A DNA stretch of 64,000 bases, taken from Candidatus Nomurabacteria bacterium (GTDB taxonomy: Bacteria; Patescibacteriota; Minisyncoccia; Phycocordibacterales; UBA9973). The stretch lies in contig CALRDL010000001.1 of the NCBI GenBank assembly GCA_943354905.1, positions 29,520-93,519 on the forward strand, read 5' to 3'. Below, one piece after another: positions 17,075-27,634 of the stretch. Position 1 is the stretch's first letter. Each line of letters opens with the position of its first letter. The notes beneath the pieces were generated by a model. The model had not been told where the DNA came from. It searched no databases and saw only the letters and a program-made list of their open reading frames with translations. The translations under genes and the position numbers were made by a program.

Positions 17075-19606
17075 ATGAGAAAATTATTTAATTTATACAA
17101 GAAACACAAAAAAAACCACATATTGAGAAATACACTTTTTGTTTGCCTCAGTCTTGGAATCATTTTTATTGGAATAATCCTCATCTGGATATCATCATTC
17201 AAAATCCCAGATCTTAACTCCTTTGAGGAACGTAGAGTAGAGAATTCGACCAAGATATATGACCGCACTGGAGAGATTATTTTGTATGATATCCATAAAA
17301 ATGCCAAAAGAACTGATATTCGTTTTAACGAGATGGGAGTAAATATAAAAAACGCTACGGTCGCTATCGAAGATGCTGAATTTTACAATCACAATGGTAT
17401 TCGGATCACCTCTATCATTCGAGCTATCTTGGCCAACCTGCTCGGCACAAGTCGAACTCAAGGTGGATCGACTATAACTCAACAATTGATAAAAAATACT
17501 CTACTGACTCAAGAAAAATCTTATACTCGTAAAATAAAAGAATGGGTACTAGCAGTCAAACTAGATAAAGCTATGTCGAAAGAAAAAATTCTAGAATATT
17601 ATTTAAATGAAGCGCCATACGGGGGAAATGTTTACGGTATTCAAGAAGCCAGCCGAACATATTTTAATAAAGATGCTATCAATCTCTCTTTGGCCGAAGC
17701 TGGATATCTGGCAGCTATACCGCAGTCCCCTACTAGTTTGTCTCCTTTTCGAAAAAATAGAGATAAACTCGAAGCTAGGAAAAATTTAGTATTTTCTAGA
17801 ATGTTTGAACTCGGTTTTATAACCGAAGAAGAATATAATATAGCAAAAAGTGAAGTAGTAACATTTATTCCACAAAATACTCAAGGTATAAAAGCTCCTC
17901 ACTTTGTATTTTTTATTAAAGAATATTTAGAAGAAAAATATGGGACCGAAATCGTCGAAAAAGGTGGACTAAAAGTTACCACAACCTTGGATTACACCCT
18001 CCAAGAAAAAGGAGAACAAATAGTAAAAAACGGTGCATTAAAAAATGCTAAGGATTGGAATGGAGAAAACGCTGCCCTTGTCGCCATAGACCCAAAAACT
18101 GGACAGATAATCACAATGATAGGTTCGAGAGATTATTTTGATAAAGAAATCGATGGAAATTTTAACGTAACTACTGCAAGTAGACAACCAGGGTCTTCTT
18201 TTAAGCCTTTTATTTACGCTACAGCTTTCAACAAAGGTTTTACTTCCGACACTGTACTCTTTGACCTAGCTACAGAATTTCAAACCACCTGTGACGCATA
18301 TGGCAAAGCCTTCCCTGATAAAAGCCAAGCTGATTGTTATATGCCTCAAAATTACGATGGAAAGTTTCGTGGCCCAATGACTCTCCGTGATGCCCTCGGA
18401 CAATCCATAAACGTTATCGCTGTAAAACTTCTATATTTAGCTGGATTAAAAGATTCATTAAAAACAGCAGAGGATATGGGAATAAATACTTTGACTGATC
18501 CTGGAAGATATGGACTCACTTTGGTTATCGGTGGTGGCGAAGTTACACTTCTCGAGATAACTTCTGCTTACAGTGTCTTTGCAAATGACGGAAATAGAAA
18601 TCCTTATACAGGAATTTTAAAAGTTGAAGATCCAAGTGGAAATATTCTGGAAGAATTTACAGCAAAACCACAAAATATCTTGCCAAAAAACACAGCTTTG
18701 ACTATTTCCAATATTTTAAATGATGAGAAGGCTCGTATACCAACTTTTGGAATACGCTCTGTACTCTATATACCAAACAGAGATGTAGCTGTAAAAACTG
18801 GAACTACAAACAACAACAAAGATGCTTGGACTATAGGATACACTCCATCTATCTCAGTCGGAGTATGGGCTGGAAACAACGACAATACACCAATGAAAAA
18901 AGGAGGTGTCTCTATGGCCGGACCTATTTGGAATAAATTTATAAATGAGGCTTTAAAAACTCTACCAAATGAAAAATTTGAAAATCCTGATCTAGGAGTA
19001 GACCCTGTAACTACAAAACCAGTTTTGCGTGGGAGCTGGCTTGGTAATGACAATTTTTTCATAGATAAAATTTCTGGAAAATTAGCGACTGAATTTACTC
19101 CGAGAGAAACTTTAGAAGAAAAAATAATAACTAATGTGCATTCTATATTATATTGGGTAGATAAAAATAATATCACCGGCCCAGCACCAAAAAATGATAA
19201 CGATAGACAATTTTCTCATTTTGATATTCCTATCCAAAATTGGTGGGCACAAAATAGATATAAATATAAGGTAGTCACTGAAAATGAAAAACCAAGTATG
19301 TCTGATGACGTCCATACCGAATCAAACAAGCCAGTAGTCAAGATCATTGAACCAAATCAAGAAACAACCTACCTAGCCAGCCAAAAAATAAATATAAAGT
19401 TAACTAGTGCTGGAAATTACCCTCTTTTAAAAGCTGATATATTTATAAACGATGTTTATGTGGGAGAAAATGATCTCAGGTATGGATTTTCTTTCACTCC
19501 AAAAGATTTGGAAAATATCCAAGAAAAAAATGAGTTAAAAATCATAGTTTATGATACTGTCTACAATAGCACCATAGTAACTACTACTTTCTCGGTGAAA
19601 GACTAA
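17075..19606 (+). CDS. Class A penicillin-binding protein (bifunctional glycosyltransferase/transpeptidase) with a C-terminal extension
   Basis: GT51 motifs AIEDAEFYNHNGI and GGSTITQQ. Transpeptidase motifs SRQPGSSFKP (SxxK), SIN and KTGTT. Confidence 0.85.
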   Translation: MRKLFNLYKKHKKNHILRNTLFVCLSLGIIFIGIILIWISSFKIPDLNSFEERRVENSTKIYDRTGEIILYDIHKNAKRTDIRFNEMGVNIKNATVAIEDAEFYNHNGIRITSIIRAILANLLGTSRTQGGSTITQQLIKNTLLTQEKSYTRKIKEWVLAVKLDKAMSKEKILEYYLNEAPYGGNVYGIQEASRTYFNKDAINLSLAEAGYLAAIPQSPTSLSPFRKNRDKLEARKNLVFSRMFELGFITEEEYNIAKSEVVTFIPQNTQGIKAPHFVFFIKEYLEEKYGTEIVEKGGLKVTTTLDYTLQEKGEQIVKNGALKNAKDWNGENAALVAIDPKTGQIITMIGSRDYFDKEIDGNFNVTTASRQPGSSFKPFIYATAFNKGFTSDTVLFDLATEFQTTCDAYGKAFPDKSQADCYMPQNYDGKFRGPMTLRDALGQSINVIAVKLLYLAGLKDSLKTAEDMGINTLTDPGRYGLTLVIGGGEVTLLEITSAYSVFANDGNRNPYTGILKVEDPSGNILEEFTAKPQNILPKNTALTISNILNDEKARIPTFGIRSVLYIPNRDVAVKTGTTNNNKDAWTIGYTPSISVGVWAGNNDNTPMKKGGVSMAGPIWNKFINEALKTLPNEKFENPDLGVDPVTTKPVLRGSWLGNDNFFIDKISGKLATEFTPRETLEEKIITNVHSILYWVDKNNITGPAPKNDNDRQFSHFDIPIQNWWAQNRYKYKVVTENEKPSMSDDVHTESNKPVVKIIEPNQETTYLASQKINIKLTSAGNYPLLKADIFINDVYVGENDLRYGFSFTPKDLENIQEKNELKIIVYDTVYNSTIVTTTFSVKD

Positions 19607-19649
19607 ATCATAACACTATTCGCGATCACGATAGTGTGTTATTACTTTA

Positions 19650-19907
19650 TCATCTAAAGTTTTCTGGAGTTTTTTTACCTAGAAATTCTTGCAATCTGTA
19701 AAAAATCTCTTCTTTCTTTAAAAATATTTCATTTTTATAAATAGGCTTAATATCTAAATAAATAATATTATTTTTTATTTTTATATTTTCGAGTTTTATT
19801 TCAACTCCAATAACTTTAGAAATAATCTTTCCGACTGAATCTCTCTTGCCCTCTTCAGATAAGAGAATATTTTGAAATCTAGCTAATAAGTCTTTAATCT
19901 CTATCAC
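19650..19907 (-). CDS. Small hypothetical protein next to dnaN
   Basis: 85-aa ORF. Its position beside dnaN resembles that of DUF721-type proteins, but no motif was confirmed. Confidence 0.3.
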   Translation of the reverse strand: MIEIKDLLARFQNILLSEEGKRDSVGKIISKVIGVEIKLENIKIKNNIIYLDIKPIYKNEIFLKKEEIFYRLQEFLGKKTPENFR

Positions 19908-19935
19908 GTTTTACTTTATAACTTTATAACTACTC

Positions 19936-21033
19936 CTACCTATTCATCGGCATTATAAGATAAGTAAAAGATGGATCATTCACAGGAGAAACCACTATCG
20001 GCCCAGAGGCTAGAGAAAACTTAATAGACATACTATCTGTGGTAATGGATGGAAAACAATCCAAAAAATATTTATAATTAAAACCAAGCTCTATATTGTC
20101 TCCAGTAAGTGAAGCATCTAAATGTGTCTTATTTTCTCCAACATCGTTGTTGGCGGAAGAAAGTTCAAAAACTTTTTCTTGCGGAGAAATTTTTAAATTA
20201 ACTTGATTAAACTTATTAGAAAATATATTTGAGATTTTTAGAGCATTTAATAAATCTTGTTTCAAAACAACAGCATTTGTACCTGGATTTTTAGGTATTA
20301 TTTGACGATAATCTGGAAAAACCCCATCTATAATTCTAGAAGTCAAATAAAGATTGTCGGAAGAAAATGAAATTTGATTTTTATTAAAACACACCTTCAA
20401 AATTCCATTAAAATCTCCAAATATCCTCATAATTTCAGGAATATTTTTAAAAGGAATGAGTATACCTGAGATTTCAGGAAGATTTTTGATTTTTATTTTT
20501 TTCTCTGCCAGTCTAAAAGAATCTGTGGAAACAAAAACTAAATTTTCTTCATTTGTATAAATAAAAACACTAGATGTCTCTGGTTTTATATCTGAAACTG
20601 AGGCACTATAATATACTGATTTTATACCCTCGATTAATTTCTTAGAATCCATTTCAAAACTAACTCCTTCTACCCTAGGTATGGTAGGAAAATCATCGTG
20701 TGGTTGACCTTTTAATTTTATTTTACTTTTTTTAGCTGTAACCAAAAGATTGCCATCCACACTCTCAAGAAAAATATTTTCATTTTGGATAACGTTTGAA
20801 AATATACCTCCTAAAACTGATCCAGATATAGCTACGATCCCTTCTTTTTCTACTTTAGCTGGTATCTCAACTTCAATACCTAGACTTAGGTTAGTAGATC
20901 TTAGTTTTAAAGATTTATCAGAAGCAATGAGAAGTATAGAACTCAAAACAGGCAAAGTTAGATTCTTCCCAGTAATTCTCTCAACTTGAGAAATCTTATT
21001 TTTTAATTCTTCAATTTTACATTCGAGTTTCAT
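19936..21033 (-). CDS. dnaN: DNA polymerase III beta sliding clamp
   Basis: 365 aa. The N-terminus MKLECKIEELKNKISQVERITGKNLTLPVLSSILL is typical of the beta clamp. Confidence 0.85.
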   Translation of the reverse strand: MKLECKIEELKNKISQVERITGKNLTLPVLSSILLIASDKSLKLRSTNLSLGIEVEIPAKVEKEGIVAISGSVLGGIFSNVIQNENIFLESVDGNLLVTAKKSKIKLKGQPHDDFPTIPRVEGVSFEMDSKKLIEGIKSVYYSASVSDIKPETSSVFIYTNEENLVFVSTDSFRLAEKKIKIKNLPEISGILIPFKNIPEIMRIFGDFNGILKVCFNKNQISFSSDNLYLTSRIIDGVFPDYRQIIPKNPGTNAVVLKQDLLNALKISNIFSNKFNQVNLKISPQEKVFELSSANNDVGENKTHLDASLTGDNIELGFNYKYFLDCFPSITTDSMSIKFSLASGPIVVSPVNDPSFTYLIMPMNR

Positions 21034-21292
21034 ATGTTTATATATTATATATTTAAATTTATTAATACTATTAGTAACCTTGATAAGTGGATAAGTGGAT
21101 TTTATGTTTATTAAATAAGATTATTTTTAATATTTTTTATTTAATTAAAATCTAATAAGTTTGGGTATGAAATTATTTTTTGTTTATTATTTTATTTCTT
21201 TGGTTTTTTATTAGATTTAATTAACATTTTTTCTAACACTTTTCCACATTTTTTCTGCACTTATCTCTGAGTTTTCAGATAGTTGTAAACGT
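21034..21292. promoter_or_regulatory. AT-rich dnaA-dnaN spacer with DnaA-box-like repeats (oriC candidate)
   Basis: gataagtggataagtggat contains two TTATCCACT boxes in tandem. ttttccaca is a further box. Long AT runs are present. Confidence 0.4.
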
Positions 21293-22642
21293 TTATTTAA
21301 ACATAATTCTGATTTGTTCTAATTCTTGTAATAATTGCGGGTCATCTTTTAAGTCGTTTTTTATTTTTAAACATGAATGAATGACTGTGGTGTGGTCTTT
21401 CCCCCCTAGTTTTTGTCCAATGAGTGGATAAGAAACATTGAAATCTTCTCGTAGAAGATACATAACCACTTGTCTAGCTTTGACTATCTCCTTTTTTCTA
21501 GTTTTTTCATAAACAGACTCTTCTTCTAGTTTATAATACTCACTAACCATCTTTACAACATCTTTGATAGCTATGTTTTTCTTTGGTCGCATATTGTTCT
21601 TTAGAAGATTTTTTACTTCAGCCAGTGTGAGAGGTTTATTTCTAAGACGATATTGGCAGACTATTGTATTTAAACTCCCTTCAAGTTCTCGAATACTGCC
21701 ATCTATTGTAGAAGCTATGTATTCTAGGATTTCTTGATCTAGCTCGATGTTAAATTCCCTTAACTTAACTTTCAAAATGGCCAAACGAGGCTCGTATTCT
21801 GGTGGAGATATGTCTACTATCATTCCTGCAGAAAAACGCGTTTTCAAGCGATCTGCGAGCTCTGGGATGTAGTTTGGGTGCTTGTCTGAAGAAAATATAA
21901 TTTGTTTATTGTTTTCATGGAAAGTATTAAAAGTATGAAACAATTCTTCTTGAATTTTTTCCATTTTTCCAATAAATTGTATATCGTCAATAATAAGAAG
22001 ATCATATTTTCTATATTTTTCTTTGAAAGAGTTCGCTTTATTATTTTGGAGAGAGTTTATAAAATCTGTAGCGAACTTCTCTAAAGTCATATAATGAACT
22101 TTTTTATTTGGGTGTTTTTCTTTAATTCCGTTCCCCACAGCTTGAATAAGGTGGGTTTTACCGAGTCCAGTCGGACCATAAATGAAAAAAGGGTTATATT
22201 TGGTACCCGGGTTTTCTATTATGGCTTGGGCGGCGGCATATGCTAATTCATTAAAAGAACCAACAATGAAAGAATTGAAGTGATATCTAGGGTTTAGGTT
22301 GTCGTCTGGATTGATATATAAGTCTTTTAGTGGTAATTCTTTATTTACATAAGGTTCGTTTGTTGTTGGAAGCATTTCTTCTTCTTTATTATTTTCTATT
22401 TTTATAATGATGTATTCCACCGCTCGCATATTCTCATAAGCATCAGCGATGGTCTTGGTGATAAGTTTGTGGTATTTGTTTATAAGCCAGTCGCGAACAA
22501 ATTCATTTGGTACTCCAATATAAATAATACCCACATCTTCTCTTACGATTGATGTGTTTTTAAACCAAGTGCTAAAGTTGGCTTTTGACATACCAGCCTC
22601 AATCTCTACTAGACAGTTTTTCCAAAGCTGTTTTATATTCAT
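21293..22642 (-). CDS. dnaA: Chromosomal replication initiator DnaA
   Basis: GPTGLGKTHL Walker A, AAA+ domains and the C-terminal DNA-binding domain. Confidence 0.95.
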   Translation of the reverse strand: MNIKQLWKNCLVEIEAGMSKANFSTWFKNTSIVREDVGIIYIGVPNEFVRDWLINKYHKLITKTIADAYENMRAVEYIIIKIENNKEEEMLPTTNEPYVNKELPLKDLYINPDDNLNPRYHFNSFIVGSFNELAYAAAQAIIENPGTKYNPFFIYGPTGLGKTHLIQAVGNGIKEKHPNKKVHYMTLEKFATDFINSLQNNKANSFKEKYRKYDLLIIDDIQFIGKMEKIQEELFHTFNTFHENNKQIIFSSDKHPNYIPELADRLKTRFSAGMIVDISPPEYEPRLAILKVKLREFNIELDQEILEYIASTIDGSIRELEGSLNTIVCQYRLRNKPLTLAEVKNLLKNNMRPKKNIAIKDVVKMVSEYYKLEEESVYEKTRKKEIVKARQVVMYLLREDFNVSYPLIGQKLGGKDHTTVIHSCLKIKNDLKDDPQLLQELEQIRIMFK

Positions 22643-22717
22643 GATTCAATATTATACTATTTGTGTCATAAATAAAACTAACTAAAACCTTATTAACTCT
22701 GTTGATAATCTGTGCAT

Positions 22718-22788
22718 AAACCTCACCCCCAGCCCCTCTCCTTGAAAAGGAGAGGGTGGCCCAGATTCTTCTGGGTCGGGTGAGGTTT
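22718..22788. repeat. Compound GC-rich palindromic element in the dnaA-rpmH intergenic region
   Basis: aaacctcacccccagcccctctccttgaaaaggagagggtggcccagattcttctgggtcgggtgaggttt shows nested inverted repeats. Confidence 0.55.
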
Positions 22789-22825
22789 ATTTGCTTAAAG
22801 TGTAATTTTATTATAGACTAACTAT

Positions 22826-22960
22826 ATGTCATTTACATACCAACCTAAAAAAAGAAAGAGAGCCAGATCTCATGGATTTCTGGTTCGATCTCGCATCAAG
22901 ACAGGAAAAAAGGTCATAAAAAGAAGACGCCAGAAAGGTAGAAAGAAACTGGCTGTTTAA
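22826..22960 (+). CDS. rpmH: Ribosomal protein L34
   Basis: [44 protein letters not shown]. Confidence 0.85.
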   Translation: MSFTYQPKKRKRARSHGFLVRSRIKTGKKVIKRRRQKGRKKLAV

Positions 22961-22972
22961 TCTCGCCCTTAA

Positions 22973-23293
22973 ATGCTTTCAAAGAAAAATAGAGTGAGTT
23001 CGAAGGACGTAGACTTGATTTTTAAGTCGGGGAAGTTTATATCTTCTCCAACTTTCAATTTTAAATTTATTAAAACCCCTTCAAATCAGTGGAAGATATC
23101 TTTTATCGCACCCAAAAGTGTGGCTAAGTCAGCAGTACGGAGGAATCTTCTCCGTAGACTTGGGTATTCTGTTTTAAAAAAGATAAATCAATCCCCTTTT
23201 GGTATTATCGGTGTATTTCTTTTTAAGAAAAATGAAGATGATGTCGTAGTTATAGAAAATGAAATTAAAAACATTTTTAGTAAAATTTATTAG
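22973..23293 (+). CDS. rnpA: RNase P protein component
   Basis: Follows rpmH. Basic 106-aa protein with an RRNLLRR motif. Confidence 0.75.
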   Translation: MLSKKNRVSSKDVDLIFKSGKFISSPTFNFKFIKTPSNQWKISFIAPKSVAKSAVRRNLLRRLGYSVLKKINQSPFGIIGVFLFKKNEDDVVVIENEIKNIFSKIY

Positions 23294-23504
23294 TTTATAT
23301 CAGAGATTTCTCTCACCTATCAATAAATATTTTGTTTATTTGGGTTTTTTTAATTTTTCTGGTTGTGTTTTTTATCCGACTTGTTCTGAGTATACGAAAA
23401 CAGCAATTCATAAATATGGGCTACTAAAAGGTGTTTATCTAGGTTTTCTTCGTATTTTGCGTTGTCATCCGTGGCAAAAGAATCATATTGACCCATTAAG
23501 CTAA
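23259..23504 (+). CDS. yidD: Membrane protein insertion efficiency factor YidD
   Basis: LISLYQRFLSP...CVFYPTCSEYT...ILRCHPW. Confidence 0.8.
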   Translation: MKLKTFLVKFISLYQRFLSPINKYFVYLGFFNFSGCVFYPTCSEYTKTAIHKYGLLKGVYLGFLRILRCHPWQKNHIDPLS

Positions 23505-23582
23505 AATCTGCAAGGCAAACCATTGCAGGTTTTAAAAACGATGAGATTTTGCTAAAAATCTCACTTCAAGGTAAGATAGAGA

Positions 23583-24335
23583 ATGCTTTCAAATATATGG
23601 AACACTGTTTTATATGGACCACTACTAAATGCTTTAGCCTTTTTAGTCTCTGTTGTGCCTGGAGGAGATGTCGGTTTAGCCGTGATAATCTTGACTATTT
23701 TAGTTAAATTACTAATCTTTCCTCTTTCTCAGAAATCTATTGAAAGTCAGGTGGCCATGAATTTACTTGCTCCAGAGATCAATAAAATCAAAGAAAGTGG
23801 AGCCAGTAAAGAAGAACAAGCCAAGATGACTTTTGAACTTTATAAAAGACACAAAACTAATCCTTTTTCTGGATGTCTGCTCATCCTAATTCAACTACCT
23901 ATTATCTTTGCTTTATACTATGTCTTTTTTAAGGGTATAAATTTTGACAGTGAACTATTATATTCTTTTATTAAGGTTCCAGAAAAAATGAATATGCTTT
24001 TCTTGGGATTTTTAGAGATAAGTGGAAAGAGTTTATTTTTAGCTCTCTTGGCTGGAGTTTCGCAATACCTGCAAGCATATTTTATGCCGAAACCTCCGGC
24101 AATAAAAAACTCCTCCTCCCCTACTTTCGCTGAGAGCTTTGGGAAAAGTATGAATATGCAAATGAAATATGTTTTTCCTTTCGTGGTAGCTTTTATTGCT
24201 TATACTATTTCTGGAGCCGTAGCGCTTTACTGGATTACCAGCAACCTTTTTGCTGTAGGTCAGCAAATATATGTGAACAAAAATGAGAAGAGTGTTTTAG
24301 ATGAAGAAGTAAAAGTTCTTATTTCTAAAAAGTAA
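23583..24335 (+). CDS. yidC: Membrane protein insertase YidC (short form)
   Basis: 250 aa, five predicted transmembrane segments, in the rnpA-yidD-yidC context. Confidence 0.8.
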   Translation: MLSNIWNTVLYGPLLNALAFLVSVVPGGDVGLAVIILTILVKLLIFPLSQKSIESQVAMNLLAPEINKIKESGASKEEQAKMTFELYKRHKTNPFSGCLLILIQLPIIFALYYVFFKGINFDSELLYSFIKVPEKMNMLFLGFLEISGKSLFLALLAGVSQYLQAYFMPKPPAIKNSSSPTFAESFGKSMNMQMKYVFPFVVAFIAYTISGAVALYWITSNLFAVGQQIYVNKNEKSVLDEEVKVLISKK

Positions 24336-24342
24336 AAAGTAT

Positions 24343-24843
24343 ATGAATGATCAAGATATTCAAAATTTAATAAAAGAATTACTTGAAAAAATAAAAGTGA
24401 ATGTAGAAAGTATTTCTTTAGAAGAAAAAGACGGTTTAAATAAATGGTTTTCTATTGAAGTAAAAGAACCACATTTTTTTATTTCAAATGATGCTGAAGC
24501 TCTTTATGCACTCAATCATCTTGTGCGTAGGATGGTGGAAAAGAATCTCTCAGGAAATCCTCTCCAAGACTCGGAGAGAGGCGAAGGGGTGAGGCCAGAG
24601 GGTTCGATCTTAATCGATATAAATGGTTTTCAAAAAAAACGGGTAGAAAATACTCAAGCTATTGCTCATATGATGTCGGAGCGAGCTAGATATTTCAAGG
24701 CTAATGTCGAAGTCGACCCTATGTCAGCTTTTGAGCGAAGAATAGTCCATGAATTTTTATCTAATGCTACAGATCTAAAAACTGAATCTATGGGTTTTGG
24801 CCCATCTCGTCGGGTGGTTATAAAGTACGTTGGAACAATTTAG
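24343..24843 (+). CDS. jag: Jag/KhpB-like KH plus R3H RNA-binding protein
   Basis: C-terminal R3H motif FERRIVHEFL. Follows yidC. Confidence 0.65.
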   Translation: MNDQDIQNLIKELLEKIKVNVESISLEEKDGLNKWFSIEVKEPHFFISNDAEALYALNHLVRRMVEKNLSGNPLQDSERGEGVRPEGSILIDINGFQKKRVENTQAIAHMMSERARYFKANVEVDPMSAFERRIVHEFLSNATDLKTESMGFGPSRRVVIKYVGTI

Positions 24844-24887
24844 AATTACGAATGATCAATTACGATTTAAATTCGTAATCCGTAATT
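24844..24887. terminator. Palindrome built from ATTACGA/TCGTAAT heptads between convergent genes
   Basis: Sequence aattacgaatgatcaattacgatttaaattcgtaatccgtaatt. Confidence 0.4.
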
Positions 24888-24899
24888 TCTAATTTTTAA

Positions 24900-26330
24900 T
24901 TATTTAAGATCCAATTTCCACAAATAAGAATCTTTTTTGTTTACAAAAAGTAAATAATTTTCATTTTCATCTATTGCGAGTTTAATACCATCAATCTCTT
25001 CTCCTGCCAATATCGGATCTGCTAGTATGGTTGCATTCCCAGTTTTAATATTAATTTTCCATAATTCATCACTAAAAGATACTTCTCCTTGATACCAAGT
25101 CTCTGGATATTGACCAGATGGTATGACTTTTGGTACAGCACAATAGATATTATCCCCTATTTTATTCCAAACACACTTTTCTGGGAGAGTTCTAACTCCG
25201 AGCAAAATAGAATTTCTTGTGTCGGTCTGATATGCATTTAAAGCTAGGTCAGTACCACTAAAAAGGATTATTTTCCCATCAGGACCACTGAGAGTCGTGA
25301 GTCCATTTATGTCACCCAAAGCTCTGGTTGGATTTTTTTTGTTTGGATCCATTGTATACACGTGTCCTGTGGCTCTAGAATCAGCTTTAGTAGTCAAGGT
25401 GATGAGTTTATCATTTGGCCAGAGAGATAACCATTCAGTAAAATCAGAATCAAATATTTGAACTTTTTTATTGTCTACTAAGTTTAAAATCGTACCTATT
25501 ATATTTTCTCCAGAAGTATTTCCGTTTGTGAATAGATAAAAAGCTTTTAAAGTATCAGGTGAAATACTTATATCTTGCACATTGTCTGGTAAGAATGTTC
25601 CTTTTATTTCTTTATCCCCTGTTTCTGTTTCACTTACTATTTCTTTGGGTAAATTACCAACAAAAGTTGATATGGTGTCACCATATATTTTTAGATAACG
25701 CAAAATGACTGTTTGTCCATGATTGCCAAAATACGCTTCGTATACTTTCGGTATTGTTGGTAAAGAAAATTTTCGTTCAGAGATTTTGTCTAGAAAAGTT
25801 TGATAAATCGAACCATCTGATCGAGCTACGTATCGGACAGCTTCTGTAAATTCTGTTGGTTTTGGAGTTGGAGGCATTGGAGGAGTTAGTGAAGCTGGTG
25901 TTTTCTTTTTTTCTGTAGTCGTATTTTCTGGAGGTGCTGGAGGAGTCGCGGTTTTTCCCTCTCCTTTGGGGAGGGTTGGGGAGGGGTTATTTTGATCTAG
26001 GGTTAATTCTATTATTGGTATCTCTTTAAATCTTTCCTTAGAAAAAATTCCATAACCAGCTATCGGCATAGTGGAAATTTTTCTTAATTTTGGAATTGGA
26101 CTATCTGGTATAATTACCTCGCCATCTATATTTATTGGTGGAAGGTCTTTATCAGGATTTGAAGGAGGTGTATTATCTTTTCTAAATGGATTAAATCTTG
26201 AAAGAAAATTTGTGCCACCACTGTCAGGAACCCCAGATGTGTCCCCTCTCGGTTGCATATACAAGAACAAAACGACTAGGGCTATCACTAGACTCAAGAT
26301 TATTATTAAAAGTATAAAATTTCTTTTTGA
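24900..26330 (-). CDS. Membrane-anchored hypothetical protein with a Pro/Thr-rich linker and a C-terminal repeat-like domain
   Basis: Probable start at MSKRNFILLIIILSLVIALVVLF (signal anchor). The ORF table extends it to 26435 through an alternative upstream start. Confidence 0.4.
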   Translation of the reverse strand, partial: SKRNFILLIIILSLVIALVVLFLYMQPRGDTSGVPDSGGTNFLSRFNPFRKDNTPPSNPDKDLPPINIDGEVIIPDSPIPKLRKISTMPIAGYGIFSKERFKEIPIIELTLDQNNPSPTLPKGEGKTATPPAPPENTTTEKKKTPASLTPPMPPTPKPTEFTEAVRYVARSDGSIYQTFLDKISERKFSLPTIPKVYEAYFGNHGQTVILRYLKIYGDTISTFVGNLPKEIVSETETGDKEIKGTFLPDNVQDISISPDTLKAFYLFTNGNTSGENIIGTILNLVDNKKVQIFDSDFTEWLSLWPNDKLITLTTKADSRATGHVYTMDPNKKNPTRALGDINGLTTLSGPDGKIILFSGTDLALNAYQTDTRNSILLGVRTLPEKCVWNKIGDNIYCAVPKVIPSGQYPETWYQGEVSFSDELWKINIKTGNATILADPILAGEEIDGIKLAIDENENYLLFVNKKDSYLWKLDLK

Positions 26331-26337
26331 CATAGAA

Positions 26338-27624
26338 TTAACTTCTAGAACTACCACTAGCATGCCAATGATTCCCTTCATCCAAATACCACATACCATC
26401 TTTTTGACACCACTTATCAGTACTACACTGCCCACTTCGTATATAGCTATTTAATGCAGGGTTTGTTATTCCAAGATCCACTGTCGGACTACCAATTTGG
26501 TGTGTGGTACCCCTAGGGCTTCCACCATGCAACCAGAATTCTGTGGCACCTTGAATTGATAGTGTTCTACAATCTCGGCAGTTGGTTAATATGTGGTTTA
26601 TTACAGCAAGACTGAATCCCCTAATAGAGGTACAACTTGGTTGCCCAACTTTAATACATTTAGAAGGATTTAATACAGTTACTCCAGCTGGTAGAGGTGT
26701 TTCTTGTCCTGCTCTTGCTACCCAATCAATACTATTGGCATTTGCAGTATCATAAACTTGACCACCTCTGTCAGTGTACTTACCATTTACTGGTGTTTGT
26801 GGTGTACTATCAGCACTCAAATCTGCATATATTGTAACATCTTGTATTTCAACATCCGAATTTAGTAAGTCTGGATTTATGGTATACAGAAGAGCGTATG
26901 ACCCGAGAACTATGATTAAACCCAGAATTGCATTAGTCATTCTATTTTTTCCGTCTTCTTTACTACTCATGAGTTCACTCGTCATATACTGTATTCCACC
27001 GATTACTATCATAGCCACAGCTGCTACCGCAGACAAACCAATAATTATTCTTATCATTATATTTAAATATTTACCTAAATTTGTATTGGCTTCACCTTTT
27101 TTACTTTCAGGGTCAAAAGTTATGAGTTTTCCACTCACACAACCAGGCATGCCATCTTCGCAAGGTAGTGGAGCTAAAAAATTATATTTAAAATCATCTA
27201 AAGATGAAGCCCAAGTCCCAGAGCTTAAATCACAAGCCATTTTTGACCAGCCCGAGTTCCTGATGGGATTGTCTGGAAGGACGCAGACACCCTTCGGCAT
27301 ATCTGATGGTTCCCATTTCGCACTAGAGTTATTATTTTTACAACTTTGTTCCTCCCAGCCATAATATGTAACTGATTTTCCACTCGCGTCTTTGCTATAG
27401 CAAGTTCCACGTATTACTGGCGCTGTTGGCGTTATTACTGGCGCTGTTGGTTTCCAATAAACTCTGTTAAACGAACACCTATTTTGATCAGTAATCGTGG
27501 AGTGCTCTGTGTTGGTTAGTTTCCAATAACATTTTCCAGTTGCTTGTGCATTTGCGTATTCAGTCGTTCCAAATACTCCGACAAGAGCTATGATTATTAA
27601 AATATATTTGAATAATTTTTTCAT
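26338..27624 (-). CDS. Secreted Cys-rich protein with an internal transmembrane hairpin (possible type IV secretion-associated)
   Basis: Signal peptide MKKLFKYILIIIALVGVFG...ANA. Two transmembrane helices (IIIGLSAVAAVAMIVIGGIQYM and AILGLIIVLGSYALLY). Cys-rich ectodomains. Confidence 0.4.
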   Translation of the reverse strand: MKKLFKYILIIIALVGVFGTTEYANAQATGKCYWKLTNTEHSTITDQNRCSFNRVYWKPTAPVITPTAPVIRGTCYSKDASGKSVTYYGWEEQSCKNNNSSAKWEPSDMPKGVCVLPDNPIRNSGWSKMACDLSSGTWASSLDDFKYNFLAPLPCEDGMPGCVSGKLITFDPESKKGEANTNLGKYLNIMIRIIIGLSAVAAVAMIVIGGIQYMTSELMSSKEDGKNRMTNAILGLIIVLGSYALLYTINPDLLNSDVEIQDVTIYADLSADSTPQTPVNGKYTDRGGQVYDTANANSIDWVARAGQETPLPAGVTVLNPSKCIKVGQPSCTSIRGFSLAVINHILTNCRDCRTLSIQGATEFWLHGGSPRGTTHQIGSPTVDLGITNPALNSYIRSGQCSTDKWCQKDGMWYLDEGNHWHASGSSRS

Positions 27625-27634
27625 TTTCTATGAT

